A stretch of DNA of 64,000 bases from Monocercomonoides exilis PA203 (lineage: Eukaryota > Protista > Preaxostyla), in NCBI GenBank assembly GCA_001643675.2, contig LSRY02000024.1, forward strand, positions 310,001 through 374,000. Direction: 5' to 3'. Positions 36,465 through 49,031 of the stretch are shown here, piece by piece. The notes under the pieces were generated by a model that saw only the letters and a list, made by a program, of their open reading frames with translations, had not been told where the DNA came from and ran no database searches. The position numbers and the translations under genes are program-made. Position 1 is the first letter of the stretch; each line of letters begins with the position of its first letter.

Positions 36465-36943
36465 ATAAATAGATGAATTTCAAATGGAATATTTCTATTT
36501 GAATAAATTCAACTTATTTGAATGAACTGGGCTTTTCTTAAATGAAGTCATGTTATTTTAAATGATTGAAGTAACACTTAAATAAAGTTTTTATTCAAAA
36601 GTGGTGAACACTTATTATAATATTTTCACGATTTATCTATCACTTCATCAACAAAAAATTGAAAAATTCAAAAAAAAACTGAGATTATATTTTTTCTAAA
36701 ACAATATTTAATATGTGTTAAAAGAAGGTTTTTTTGATAGAAATAACGTGAAATGAATGAAAAATAATTTTGTTCTCATTCTTATGTACTGTTTTTTCTA
36801 ATTATCAAAAAAAGTGATCATCAAATTGTTTTATATCAAAAATAAAAATTTATTTATTTTGATGTTCGTGGAGTGATCCGCAGCCGACAAAGAATATAAT
36901 TCTGAAAAGCTCAGTTGAGTCGACAGATTGATACAGCATTATA

Positions 36944-38952
36944 GGGTTATTATTTTATCTTGACCCTTTTTCTTTATTCTGACCCAAAAAAATGAAGTGA
37001 AAAAAATTCAAAAAAACAACATAATTAAAAGAAAACAAAATCAGAATTAATTCTTCTAATAACTTTCCTTTTTCCTTCACCTCGATTTAATGCATTATCT
37101 TTCTTTTCTTCATCAGAATCATCGTTTTTCACATGAAGAAATCTTCTTTTTATTTTTTTCTTTTCATCCACAACAGTCTTCACTTCATCTTTCTCCTTTT
37201 CATCCATTTCATTTTTCCTTTCAATATTCATTTTCAAATGATTTTCCCATTTCTCTAAAAGAATTTCGTCGGTTATCACTTTTCCATAAAAGTTGAATCT
37301 GTTTCTTCGGGATGGAAGAGGGTAAATTGAAGATTCGGGCAGTTTCAAAAGAACTGGCCCAGAAGAATTGTGAAGAACACCACTGCAGACAAAAGCTTTC
37401 TGAATTACAGAAGGAGACAATGCAGTGTGGATGGCTTGAGGCAGAACGTCGGAAATTGCAGCTCGTTTGGAGGAAGATGAAGAAGAAGATGGAGCCTCAA
37501 ATCTGTTTGTCAGTTCAGATTTGAACACAGCAAACACTCCTCTGTCCAGCGGTTTACAGAGGTGTGTGCTGTGTGGCACGAAGGTTAAAACGTCGACTTG
37601 TTGTTTTTGGAATTCTCGCCAGATCGATGGATCTGCACGAGATGCATGCGAATCAAGAAGGAGAAGAATGTGTTCGTTTTCAAGTGACATGCGCATTCTT
37701 CTTTCGATGATGGAAGGCAGAAGAACGGTGAGAGCATACCTTTTAAAGCACTCGTTGTCCATCCAGCCGCTTCCATTTGCCCATATCTCAAGCGTTGGAG
37801 ATAACAGGCTTTTCAGCTCTTCTGGCAGCTTTGCACTTGGCCACAAAATGACTGAAGGAAAGGCATATCCGTCCGCTGCAACAGCTGCCACGAATGTAGA
37901 ATTAATCATTCTTGGTGGTTCTTTCGTAAAACCTGCTTTTGTGTCTGTTGTATGCACAACAAGCTGTTTGGAGTCTGTGGGAACACGTGTTGAAGATTCG
38001 TCGATATTTATTATCGAAGCTGGATTATAATGGAACTTTTCGTGAATCTCGTCGAATGTTTTGCACCAAGGTTTAAAAACACTTCTGCACGAAACAGCCA
38101 GTCTGTTAATGTCCAGATTCTTCGGCGTTCCAGTCTTCAGCTCCGGATGACGCTTGACAAAGCCGTAAGTTGCAGACATTGAAACTTCAGTAAATGGTGC
38201 GTCTTCATTATCGTTGTCGTTTATAACATTTTCTATCTGAAAAACAAATAATTAAAAAAAAAATAAATAAAAATAGAACAAACTAATTCTCTTGTTTTTT
38301 TTAACGTTAAACATGTTCCAGACTTCGCTTCAATGTGAATAATGTCCATAACTCTTTGTTCCTTTTCGCCCACCACTGCTGCAGGTCTGCCAACTTTTCC
38401 AACCAGCCTTCCTTTTCTTAGAGCTCTCACAGCATTTTTGATACTTGTGCGGCTGAATTCCTTTGAATTTATTGCATCCGTCATGCGAACAACTCCATCA
38501 ACAACGATATGAGCCATTCGCTCCAGCCGACTGTGATACTTCCTGTACTTACGCGAAGACATTGCGCGCTGCAGTTTTTTCTTTCCTTCTTTTAATTTTA
38601 TTTCTGTTGATATTTTCATTTTTTTAATAATATTTTTAAGATCATAATAATTTTTTATTTTTTTAATTGAAATGAAATGAAAAAAAATCGAAAAATAACA
38701 TTTTAAACAAACTAAAGGTTTTATGCCCCATGTAACCCTCCAATTCCACACAGAAGTTCAATGAAGGGGCTAAACCCCCCCATCTCCCCCCCATGCGAAA
38801 TTGGGTTTGTTTCAAAATGTATTTATTTTCATCTATTGAATTCATATATATACTTAAAAATCTTTTAAAATATGAAATTGTGGGAAAAGATAATGATTAA
38901 TTAAAAAAAAAGGTCAAGATAAAAAAAAAAGGTCGAGATAAAATTATAACCC
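36944..38952 (-). mobile_element. pogo/Fot1-like (Tc1-mariner superfamily) DNA transposon, 2009 bp, TA target-site duplication
   Basis: TA|GGGTTATTATTTTATCTTGACC at the left end and GGTCGAGATAAAATTATAACCC|TA at the right end are TIRs, each with an inner GACC/GGTC sub-repeat. The element encloses a transposase gene. Confidence 0.92.
37025..38619 (-). CDS. DDE_1 (pogo-type, DD35D) transposase, ~515 aa, 2 exons (38619-38284, 38236-37025)
   Basis: N-terminal HTH region with GRP motif, then GFVKRHPEL. Catalytic residues are in NIDES, LLLDSH and PLDRGVF, with 35 residues between the last two Asp. A 47-bp GTTTGT..TCAG intron fuses the two ORFs in frame. Confidence 0.9.
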
Positions 38953-38954
38953 TA

Positions 38955-41900
38955 CTTCGCCACTTTCTCCGTTGACTGAATAAATTACGCATCCATTTAT
39001 CGATTTTTTTTCCACAAATTCTCTCAATATTTTGCTTGACTGCATTCTTCCACGCTTTTCCCCATTGATAATCTGGAGATTTCTCTGTATTCAACATTCA
39101 TATGCCTTTGGATCCTTCTTTATTGTATCATCAACTATCTATCTCAAATCTTCCGCTCCATTCGAAGCCTTCTTCCAACAAGCAATAAACATAATAAATC
39201 CAATCAAAAGAATCTGAAGAATAATTGTTGTTATAACAGTCGCAATCGGTGGTCGAGACGGTTTTCTTTCTCTTCTTCCTTCAGCAATTCTTTCATCGTT
39301 TTTTCTTCAACTTCGCTGCTGTTCTTCAAAAGAAATTGTGCTGTCGATACACTGTATTTGAGTTTTTTAACATGAAGCTTGCAGCCACTTCAGTATTGTC
39401 ATACACCGAAGTTGCGATTGAGACTGGGATGATTGCATGGATTAAAGTTTCTTTTTCAAATAGTTCAAGTTACAGTGGATGTTTCTAAGTTTGTGAAGGG
39501 ATTCATTGACAAAATAAATCTGAAGGAGCTAGTTCCAGGGAATGAATGAAATGCCAATGAGATCCAGGGAAATAACATTGCCTTCTTAACAAGATATCAC
39601 TGAATTCAGCTGTTGAATGAGGAACGAGATGCTCTTTCTGAAGCCATTTTTCCAATGTTCTCAAACTGGTGGAAATCCACATCGAGGTGTTTGGAAGTAA
39701 GCCATCCCCGATTTTCGAACTTTCAATATTCAGAAGCGCATGGACAGAGCAGGCGATGTAGTTCCTCACGTATGGATAACACACTGCGCTCGGGCTGTTG
39801 TTGGCAAATAATCCAAATTTTACGGAAATGCTCCAGCCTGACACAGACAGACCTCCTTTCGATGAGTTGGCAATGCTCGTGTATATAACCTTTCATGGGA
39901 AATTCTGAAGAAAAACCATCGATCCACTCCAACTGCACAACTCTTCTGATCGCTCATCGTTCGCTCTCAACTCAAGCGCGCTTGCTGCTCCATCAAACAC
40001 ACACGAAGCCACGAACGCATCCGTATAATCTGCCAATGCAGCAATGTTCCCTTTTTCAGAGTGCGAAGCAAACTTTTTGTTCGAGCAGTTCTCCAATTCC
40101 AGCAACAAGAACGAAGATAAAGACGCAAAGCAGCACGGGATAAGCGAATCTCGTGTAATGTTTTGAAATGAAGACTACTTCATATGAAATACTGAATCAT
40201 TTGACTTCATACTCGCAGAGCATCTTTCTCCAAGAATCATGTTGGAAATGGACAAGAAATTTATCTCGGCATTTATTTATTGGCATTCGACAGAAACAAA
40301 AAATTCCCTTGACACATGTGTATCATCGAATTCCAAATGAATTCATTAATTGTTTGAATGGACTCTTGAACCATCTGAGGAAAGCACAATCATGTTTGAT
40401 CCACTCTGAGTACCTCTCATCTGAATGTTCTGAAGCCGGGAGTCATTTCAGTTGTTAAGAATGAGGCCTGATCACAGAACTCTGCAAGTTGATGTGTGCA
40501 AAAGCAGCATGGATAGCAATGCCAGATCGCTGAACTCTAACAACACAGCAGAATTCACTTCAGAAATATTCAAATCAGCAAATGAACAATATTGTCCGCC
40601 TCTTGCTTCAACACATGAAGAACTGAGATGGACGCTAGCAAAAGTGCAGTCAGACATCGTCAATCTTCCACCGCTCATTTCAATAATCGAGCAATTCAGT
40701 TTAATTTCAGAACCTCCACTCGATGCTTCTTGAGCAAAGATTGTGTCTAAAATCGACAAGTTTCCGTCAGTCAGCGATAGCAAACTGGAACGAGAAGAAG
40801 AAAAAGCGTTTCCAAACAAAAACGAAAGTGATTTCATTCACTATCAGCAAGCACGAAGCGAGACTGCTTGCCTTGCTAACAATACTGCTGTTCAGCATAA
40901 TATCCCCTCTTACGCCTTCCGCATCCAGCGATTTGACCGTCATATCATGTGTACTTGCTTCGCCAGAGATAAGAGAAATCTCATCTACGAGCAAGTTGCT
41001 GTAAACAGAAGGAATGATGTGAGGCAGCGTAGTATTCAAGAAAATACAAGGCTTGCTCATTTCCCCACACTTCCGGGGATCAGACGCGTTGCTGGTTGAT
41101 GAAGACACAAATATCTTCTCGCCCTGATCCACAACCACAAGCATCACCAGATCTTGCTCGTAGCCATTGTCTGGTGCTGTGCATCCCAACATCACAAACT
41201 CCCGAACAAATGGAGGTCTGAAATCGAGCTCGAACAGCTCGGTTCCAATGTGAGTTTTTTCATTCGCGCATTTCACATATAAGTCTCTTCACACAACTGC
41301 TTTGTTCTGCATGAACGTGGTGTTTTTCAACAAGAAAGGAAGCAGTCCATCTTGTGTGATCGAAGAGCAGTCCAGGAATATCGCGCCTACTCTTCCAGTT
41401 TCCGATCAGAAACACTCTGAGACAGCAAAAAAACGAGCTCAAAAAATACTACTTCGTTCCATTTCATGATCATTCCTCCACCACTTTTGCTCTGGTTTCT
41501 TCAGCTGCTTTTTATCGACGTGTTTTTCATAGATACGCTAAAAGACTTGCTCCAGATGCAGCTAATGATGGCGATACAGAAGAAGCACTTTGGAGAAGCG
41601 AGTAAAACGTGCAGCATTTCGGTTGTTCTGTTGAACTTTCGCCCTCATTCAATCTTTGTGAATCACCTCGCAATTCTGTCAGCACCAATGCTGCAACAAT
41701 TCTTTTGACAATCGGCTCCATATCGCTCATCGAGATATTCGTCAAGTTAACGCTTCTGCCATAAGATGCAATGGGGATGCTTTCTTCTGCTTGGATGAAT
41801 TTGAATCAGCAGCTCGATAATTTGCATGTTCCAGACAGGCAGGAAACGATGTAATAAGGAATGTCTGTTCGAGAAGTGCAGACAAATAGCAAGTGAAAGA
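38955..41900 (-). pseudogene. Degraded paralogue of the beta-helix surface-protein family
   Basis: Frameshifted fragments match the 2656-aa protein: KIFVSSSTSNASDPRKCGEMSKPC vs QVFVSGRGSDGRGCGAQSNPC; KGN...FVASCVFDG...LCSWSGSMV vs KGS...RVEACVFDG...LCKWSGSLV; YPYVRNYIACS vs YPSARRNAICT. Confidence 0.75.
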
Positions 41901-42342
41901 CGATAAAACTTCGTTCAGTATTCAATGAAATTATAAAGACTAATTAGTTTTTTTATCTTTTTCAAAAAAATTATATCAATTAAAAATATTGGCCGTGCGT
42001 TTTTTTTGTCTTTTTATGTTATCGAACCAATCAAAGTTTAAAAACAAGTTGTTTGCATATATATTGATGCAATCCAATTTGTCGTTCAACAATTTTCAAT
42101 TGACTAATTTTTCTCAAAAAAAAAAGAATATTATTCATTTAATAATTCAGGAAATTCTTCTTTTTTTAGTCTTAAACGAATGTAAAAACATGTGGATCAC
42201 ATTCATAGAAGGTTTAAACAAAAAGAATGAAATGTTGATGTGTTTTGAATCGTTTATTGAAGCAAAGGTCTTTAATCAGTTTTGTTTATAATTTGATCCT
42301 AATGATCTTCGAAAGAATATTTCTTTAACAACAAAAATCATT

Positions 42343-42508
42343 TGGGACAAAATATTTTGCTTTAGATATTTGTTCCATTCTTCTCAAACAAATGTTTTTC
42401 TCAGATTTTGAATTTTTCTGTAATTATTTGATATGGGAATGAAAGAACAATAATGATTATGTTGGAGAAAAAGTTTGGAACAAATCTCAGTTTTTTTCAT
42501 AAATGAAA
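42343..42508. repeat. Dispersed ~165-bp repeat, copy 2 (see 3772-3940)
   Basis: Co-linear similarity to 3772-3940. Confidence 0.7.
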
Positions 42509-42559
42509 GAATTCTGTCCTATTTCAAAAATTACTTTATAAATTTGCAAATAATATGTA

Positions 42560-42645
42560 CAGTCAAAACAGGATATAATCACATCGGTTTTTGCCAACTT
42601 TTTGTGACTATATCCGATTGTGATAATATCCGATATGACTTTACA
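42560..42645. mobile_element. Orphan Tc1/pogo-like terminus
   Basis: TA|CAGTCAAAACAGGATATAATCAC followed by internal TATCCGA repeats, typical of CAGT-starting Tc1/pogo ends. No partner end was seen. Confidence 0.4.
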
Positions 42646-42790
42646 CAGGAAAAAATAAAAATTAATTTATAAAAAAAATAAATTTTGGGTCAAAATTTTT
42701 ATTTTTGGAAATTCTTCATAAAAACGCATTTTTCACATGCGAAATTAATTTTTTGGTTTTTGTTGTGTTATTTAGACTTATCAAAACATA

Positions 42791-43150
42791 CAGTTTGTGC
42801 AAAAAATACCAGACAAGATCGATTTCACAATAACTGCAAGATGAATAATTCTGACAATTTTCCTCAAAAAACATTTCATCAATACAAACTCATTTGATCA
42901 ACGAGACACTCAAAATAACTTCATTTGTGCTCAGAAATAAATTATAATAAAAATCAAGGAGAAACTCAAAATCCTATTACTCCGAGATATCAATCATTAA
43001 TTTTTACTGAGCACAAATGAAGCTATTTTGAAAGTTTTGTTCATCAAATGTGTTTGCATTAATAAGATATTTTTTGAGGAAAATTGTCAGAATAATTCCT
43101 CTTGCAGTTATTGTGAAATCGATCTTGTCGAGTATTTTTTACGCAAACTG
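42791..43150. mobile_element. 360-bp Tc1/mariner-type MITE with ~150-bp imperfect TIRs and TA duplication
   Basis: TA|CAGTTTGTGCAAAAAATAC..GACAAGATCGATTTCACAATAACTGCAAGA...ACAATTTTCCTCAAAAAA pairs with TTTTTTGAGGAAAATTGT...TCTTGCAGTTATTGTGAAATCGATCTTGTC..GTATTTTTTACGCAAACTG|TA. Confidence 0.88.
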
Positions 43151-43152
43151 TA

Positions 43153-43260
43153 ACTCAGATGAACTCAGTCTATTTTTAATGAACTCAGTTTATTTGAATA
43201 AACACGACTTATTAAAACAAACGTGAGTTCATTTGAATAAACCTAGTTTATTTGAACAAA
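43153..43260. repeat. Degenerate ~20-bp minisatellite
   Basis: About five units resembling AACTCAGTTTATTTGAATAA. Confidence 0.55.
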
Positions 43261-44570
43261 AAAAATCTATTCTCAAATAATCTTATGAAATACTTTGAAT
43301 CGTGGAAATTGAATGTTTTTTTTTATGACAAAAATAATATTAGACTTATTATTTACACCAAAAATAATTCAAAATCGAAAAACTTCCAAGCAAAGTTGAA
43401 AGTTTGAAAAACTTCAATATTTCAAAAAGTCGGCAAAACTCAATAAAAGTCAAAAAAACATATTTATTTTAGAAATATCAATGATATTTGTTATATTAAT
43501 GACTTTTCATCTCTTTTCCAATATATCTGATTCTTATTAAAATTACATATTCGTTCGAGTTTTGATCATAATTTTTATCTCGATGGGATTTTGGCAATAA
43601 TTTTGATTTAATAATAATAACATCATGGGCTGTATGTATTATCGGTTTAAGTTCAATTTTTCAAAATCCCTTTAAGAAAATTTTTTCGTTCAAAACTCGA
43701 AAGAAAGTATGATTTCAAAAAGGATCAGCCATATATTTTTGTGTTTCCTTTTGTCCAATTGCAAAACACATAAATGAGAGGAGTTTTAACATATTTTTAT
43801 CTCATTTAAATTGAAAGCACACTTCTTCACAGAAAATTTGCCAAAGAAAAAAAATATTTTTCAAACAGATTTAATGAAGAATGATGAATGCATTATTGGA
43901 TCTCTTATTTCATGATTTATTATTGCTAAATACTTATTTCTTATTAAATAAAACATATGTTGAAAATTTTGTTTCAAGTTGTTTATTGAACTTGTTCTAA
44001 TTCGAAATTTTCTGAATTCGCATAAAACAACAATATAAACATTGCGAAAAATATTAGCAAATAAGTAAAAGAATAACATTTTTCCTTAATTGAATTCTGT
44101 TTATTAAATATTTGTTATTTTTTGCATAAATTTTGATTTCAGTTGAAAGTTTTTCGAATTTGAAAATTTTTATGTGAAAAAGAAATTATTGAAATCTTTT
44201 TTAACAACGGAACGAAGTTAACAAAACTAATTAATTTCATCAATGGCTTGTGAATTCATGAAGAAATGCTCAATACATTGCAGTAATAACAAAGAAAAAA
44301 AAAATGTTTGTCACAAAAAACAGAGAACAAAACTCTTCAAATAATGTGTTTCTTTTTCCGGTTCATTTTTATACAAAAAAAAATTCTACAATTGATTTGA
44401 AAAACTTAGTTTTTTTAATTTTCAAAAAAAAAAAAAAAAAATAAAAAAATAAAAAGAAAATAGAAAAAAATCAAAAAAAAAAATCAAAAAAATTTTTTTA
44501 ACATTTAACATTAAAGGAAAAAAAAAACCATAACGAAATATATTTAAAAAAGAAGTTCACACAATCTTTT

Positions 44571-45853
44571 CTATAAAATTGTATGTATCAACATAATTAT
44601 CAACCCAATGAGAATACAAAGCAAAATAACAATAAGACATAACTTTCCTTTATCTGCCGTAATTGTGAATTTTCATGAAATCAAGTGCAGTGACAACAAA
44701 TGCCAACCATTATTCAACAAAAATTTGGTTCAAAAAACAAAAAATATTATCAAATCAGCAACACAAATGCAGTTTGTGCACACGTTGGCTATTTCTCAGC
44801 TTATCAATCGACTTCGTAAGAATTCCTATTTTACGTTGATTTTTATCCACTTGCTTCGTCATTTTTTCTATTAAACTTTCAGAAAGCAATCAAAAACAAA
44901 AAATTTCCCCAACACAATTCAAATGTTAAATTAAGATAATTATAAACTGGTTTGAGTCATCAATTTCGTGGCCCATTTCAATGGACATTTCATTCAGACG
45001 TCCAGTAACTTCATGCAATGTGTCCAAGCGCTCGTCTTGTTGCTTGACAATATTCTGTTTATTTATTTGACATGTTCAAATAAAAAAAAAAAAAAAAATT
45101 CAAATTATTAATTAATAAATTACATAAAATTAAATTAAAACAATTTCACTTTGCAAATTGGATTAAAATCTTCATACAACTTGTTCTTGAATCTGCTCTT
45201 CGATGCTGCGCTGATTATAAGCAATGATTTCATCTTCAACTTTTGAAGCTTGATTACGACGTTCAACTTTCATTAATCTCTAAAATTAAAAAATGACATG
45301 AATTATCATAAAAATCCCTTAAACAAAGTGAGAGCAACCTCTTTTCTCATTTTCAAACTTTCTCGTCGTTCTCTCATTGAATTTAACGATTCCTGTATTT
45401 TTTGAATCTTTTGTTCAGTTAAGCGAACCAAAGCTCTCCGTTTTTCTATCTCATCGTTTGATACGTTATATCGAGCAGGATTTGCTTCGGTAACATCTGA
45501 AAATCATGAAAATATTAGCAAAACTCATTCTTGAAAATGAAAATACCAATTGACTCTGAAAGCATCTTCAAGTCACGAAAAAGGCTCTCAACACTTTCCT
45601 TTAAATTGTTAAAAGATCTCTCGAATTCTTCTTGACTTATTTGCCCAAATAATATGAGTAAATTGCTATGTTTTTTCTCTATGTTCAGAACATTTGCCTC
45701 AATTTCTCTTTTTCAAAACAAATGAAATATTTGTTCGTAGGAATATGCAACGCACAAAAATACAGTAAGCTAATGCCAAACAAAATATGATTAATGCATT
45801 GCAAACTCTTTTATAAGGAAAAATGGATCTATTTCACTTTCATTGTTTTTCAT
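44571..45853 (-). CDS. STX6: Syntaxin-6/Tlg1/SYP61-type Qc-SNARE, ~7 short exons (not in the ORF track)
   Basis: Manually spliced exons give MKNNESEIDPFFLIKE | EIEANV...LFRDLKMLSESI | VTEANPARYNVSNDEIEKRRALV (syntaxin-6 N-domain), then the SNARE motif NIVKQQDERLDTLHEVTGRLNEMSIEMGHEIDDSN | LIEKMTKQVDKNQRKI, then the C-terminal TM LCLIVILLCILIGLIIMLI and TAG at 44573-44571. Confidence 0.85.
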
Positions 45854-46823
45854 TAATAAACATGATCAGTATTTAAAAAAAATATGGCTTTTGAAAATCA
45901 TAGAAAAATATTCTGATGGAGATTTTTCTTTAATAGCCCATTTTGTGATAATGCTTAAAATGTGCTTTCTTTTCAAATATTTGATTTACAGCAATCGCAA
46001 AAAAATCAAAAACCTTATATCAATGATTTAATTTAAATTTCTATCAATAAGACATAATCAAACTCTGATAAAAACGTGCCACTTGAATAATTGTATTCAA
46101 AAACAAATAAAAAAAATATTCTCATCTCCAAAAATACAATAAAATAAAAAATACAAAATTAATAAAAAAACTAAAAAAAAGGAGAAAATATAAAAATAAC
46201 AATCCAAATTCATTCTCTTTTTCAGTATTGAATGCATAAGTACCATCAAAATGGCTCTGTAAAAGTAGTTGAAAAAATTAAAACTTTTAAAAATATCAAT
46301 CAAAACTCAAAAGAATAATTACCATTTTGCTCGGATGGGTTTTCATATGAATTATGTGTTGTTGATGTGATGAATTACTTGCTTCAAGTTGGAAAAAAAA
46401 ATAAAATTCAAATTAACAATTTTATGAAGCTAAAACTAATTCAACAGGATTTGATTTGTGATTTTGTGATTTTTTATTTTATTTTATTCATTCTTCCATA
46501 ATAACAATAACTAAGGCTATTTAAAAGAATAAAAATGATATTGTTCAGAAAAAAATAATACTCAAATGCAAGATGCCTTTCTCATTCGCTATTTCTTCCA
46601 TTCAATTACACATTCATTCATCATAAACATACACACATACATAACACATACATATTCATTCATCAATCAAAAAGAAATGTCAAAAAAAAAAAAAGAAAAA
46701 AGAAAAAATTCAATAAAAAAAAATTAAAACAAATAAAACTGGACTATGGGCCAATCTCAATGAGATGAGCTTCTGACATTTAGTCAGTCATTTTCTTTGC
46801 AATTATTGAAGACTCATCTTTCT

Positions 46824-47550
46824 TCAAACATAAGTCTTTTTTGCAGTTTTGTTTTTCAAGAAACTATCTTCCATCATCTCCGCTGGAAGCATTTGAATAT
46901 CGTCAATGCTTTGGGAATCTTTTTCTGAAGATTTCACAGAAGCGGGATCAGTAATGACTTCAGGATGCAATTTCGCGGGCTCCTCAACAAGTTCTACATT
47001 TGATCCAAAAAGCTTCGATAAAACCAATAAAAATGGCTTTTCAACATTGAAATTTGTTTTTGTAGATATTTCCACTTATTGCATATTTTTTCTTTGACAT
47101 AACGACGCTTGATTTATATGAACTTTCCGATCTTTCAAGTAGAATTTATTTCCCACAAGTACAATAGGAATGTTTCCACACACTCTAATCACGTCTCGAT
47201 ACCATGTTGCAGTGTTTTGGAATGAAACTCTCGAAGTTAAGTCAAAAAATATAAATGCACAATGAGCCTGTTCGTAATAACGATCCCGAATTCCCCAGAA
47301 TCTTTCACGACCTTGAGTATCCCAAATATAGAAATTCACAGTTCCTTTGTTTGTATAAAGTGTGAGATACGATATTTCATACATAAACGTCCATATGCAC
47401 TGTGTCTTGAATTCATCAGTTCCAAGTTTCTGAATGAATGAAGTTTTTCCACTTTCATAATCCCCAATAAGCACCAGTTTATGCGGAGGAATTTTTTTTA
47501 TTGAGCTTAAATGAACTACATCTGATTTCACTTTTTTTTTTTTGATCCAT
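46824..47550 (-). pseudogene. RAN: Divergent Ran GTPase paralogue, intronless, with an in-frame TAA at 47078-47076
   Basis: KLVLIGDYESGKTSF, YTNKG, WDTQGRERFWGIRDRYY, FDLTSRVSF, WYRDVIRVCGNIPIVLVGNK, then *VEISTKTNFNVEKPFL...LVEEPAKLHPEV, which is the Ran-specific C-terminal extension. Confidence 0.85.
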
Positions 47551-47933
47551 GGAATTTATCTTTGATGAATTCAGTAACAATTTCAACTTTAAAATCTTAA
47601 ATAAAAAATCGAAAATCAAATAAAAATTTTGGGTATAAAAAGATTTTTTAGAATAATTGTTGTACTCAATGAAATTTTTTTAAATTTCATATTTTTAATT
47701 TTGATAAATCATTTTTTCACATTAATTGTTTACGTGTTGAAATTAAATAGATATATCTTTATTAAGTTTTAACAATAACTATTCACAATTATCTTTTCCA
47801 ACGAAAATCTCATTGGATTATTTCAATAAGCTTTTGTTCACCTATTATTTAAAAAGGATATAAATATTTAAAGAGTTATCATATCATATTGTTGTAATTT
47901 TTTGGCTTGATCCCATAGCAAGTTTTTTCATAT

Positions 47934-49031
47934 ATGTTAAGTTTAAAGCGATCAGTTCCGCAGAAGAAACAACAAAAAGAGAATGGTTTGTTCTTTAGAA
48001 TCATAATTGCTTATTAAAAAACATTTGTATTAGTACAACTGGCATCAACAACGTCTCCACAATTAATTTCTCCAATGGCAAGGTTTGAACAATCTTATTT
48101 GTTATATTTAATGGATATCGTTTTCTAATAAACATTAAATTAAGACTTTCTAATTTAGCAGAAAGAGTATCTACAGTACATACAGATCAAGAAAAAATGA
48201 CTTCAAAAAGGAAGTCTGATGATGAAGAGCGGTTTGTATTTTATGTAATGAAATCCTTGTATTTTAAAACTTTCATAAATTGTGTTTTTAGCATGAGGGC
48301 ATTGAAAGAAGATGTTCTATATTTGCAAAAAGAGTTGGACAATGAAATTAATAGAAGAAAAGATGCAGGGAATGCGTTACAGGCTCAAATTGATGAACGA
48401 GCAATTGCAACTCAGGAATCTTTCAGTCAGAACACAAAAGATAGAATGACGTTAGTTGTCCCTTCACTTGATAAAATAACAGATCGTTTTTCACCTCTTG
48501 GTTTGTTTCAATAATAAGTGAAAATATTGAATTGTGTTTAATCAAACAGAAAATGATAGCTTATCAAAAGATTTACAAATAAAGAGACTCGAGGAGCAAT
48601 CAGTTCTCATTGATCAGCAACTCAAAGCCTTTATTGTTTGGGAAAATTTAATGCACATTTTATTATCCCACTTTTTTTTTGCGATTTAGAAATCTTTCAG
48701 CGAAGAGACAACAAGACGTACAAATGCCGAACAAGATTTATCGATTAAAATTCAAGAAACTGAAAAAGATTTGCAAAATCAATTCAACAATATTTGCTCT
48801 GTACTGAAGTCTGAGATTGAGGCAACAACATCACAGAAGAAAGAGTGCGAGGATAAAGAGAATAATTCAAGAACAGACCTGGAAGAGAAGATTTCTTATG
48901 AGGCGAAGAGGTTGGAAGAAGGAATAGAACTTGAGAAAAAATTGAGAGAGGACAACGAAGAACAGATTATAGCGACTGTTGAGAAAGTCTTTGGTACTTT
49001 CCAGGATGGTCTCACAAAATTTGATGAGTAA
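47934..49031 (+). CDS. SF-assemblin / beta-giardin family coiled-coil protein, ~6 exons
   Basis: Spliced exons give RLSNLAERVSTVHTDQEKMTSKRKSDDEER | MRALKEDVLYLQKELDNEINRRKDAGNALQAQIDE ... IELEKKLREDNEEQIIATVEKVFGTFQDGL. This matches the N-terminal ExxRR pattern and the C-terminal E..R...D..I...[LF]QDGL pattern of SF-assemblins. Confidence 0.75.

Noticed and set aside
43153-43260. CRISPR-like array
   Set aside because: Degenerate adjacent units without unique spacers, no cas genes, eukaryotic context.
11705-47078. Stop-codon reassignment (TAA/TAG = Gln as in Streblomastix, or TGA = Trp), suggested by in-frame stops at Gln or Trp positions
   Set aside because: The stops fall at inconsistent residues (Gly in SAHH, Tyr in Ran, Glu, Gln, Trp). 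Intact genes of 1000-2600 codons contain none, and real genes end in TAA, TAG and TGA. Nonsense mutation explains the pattern.
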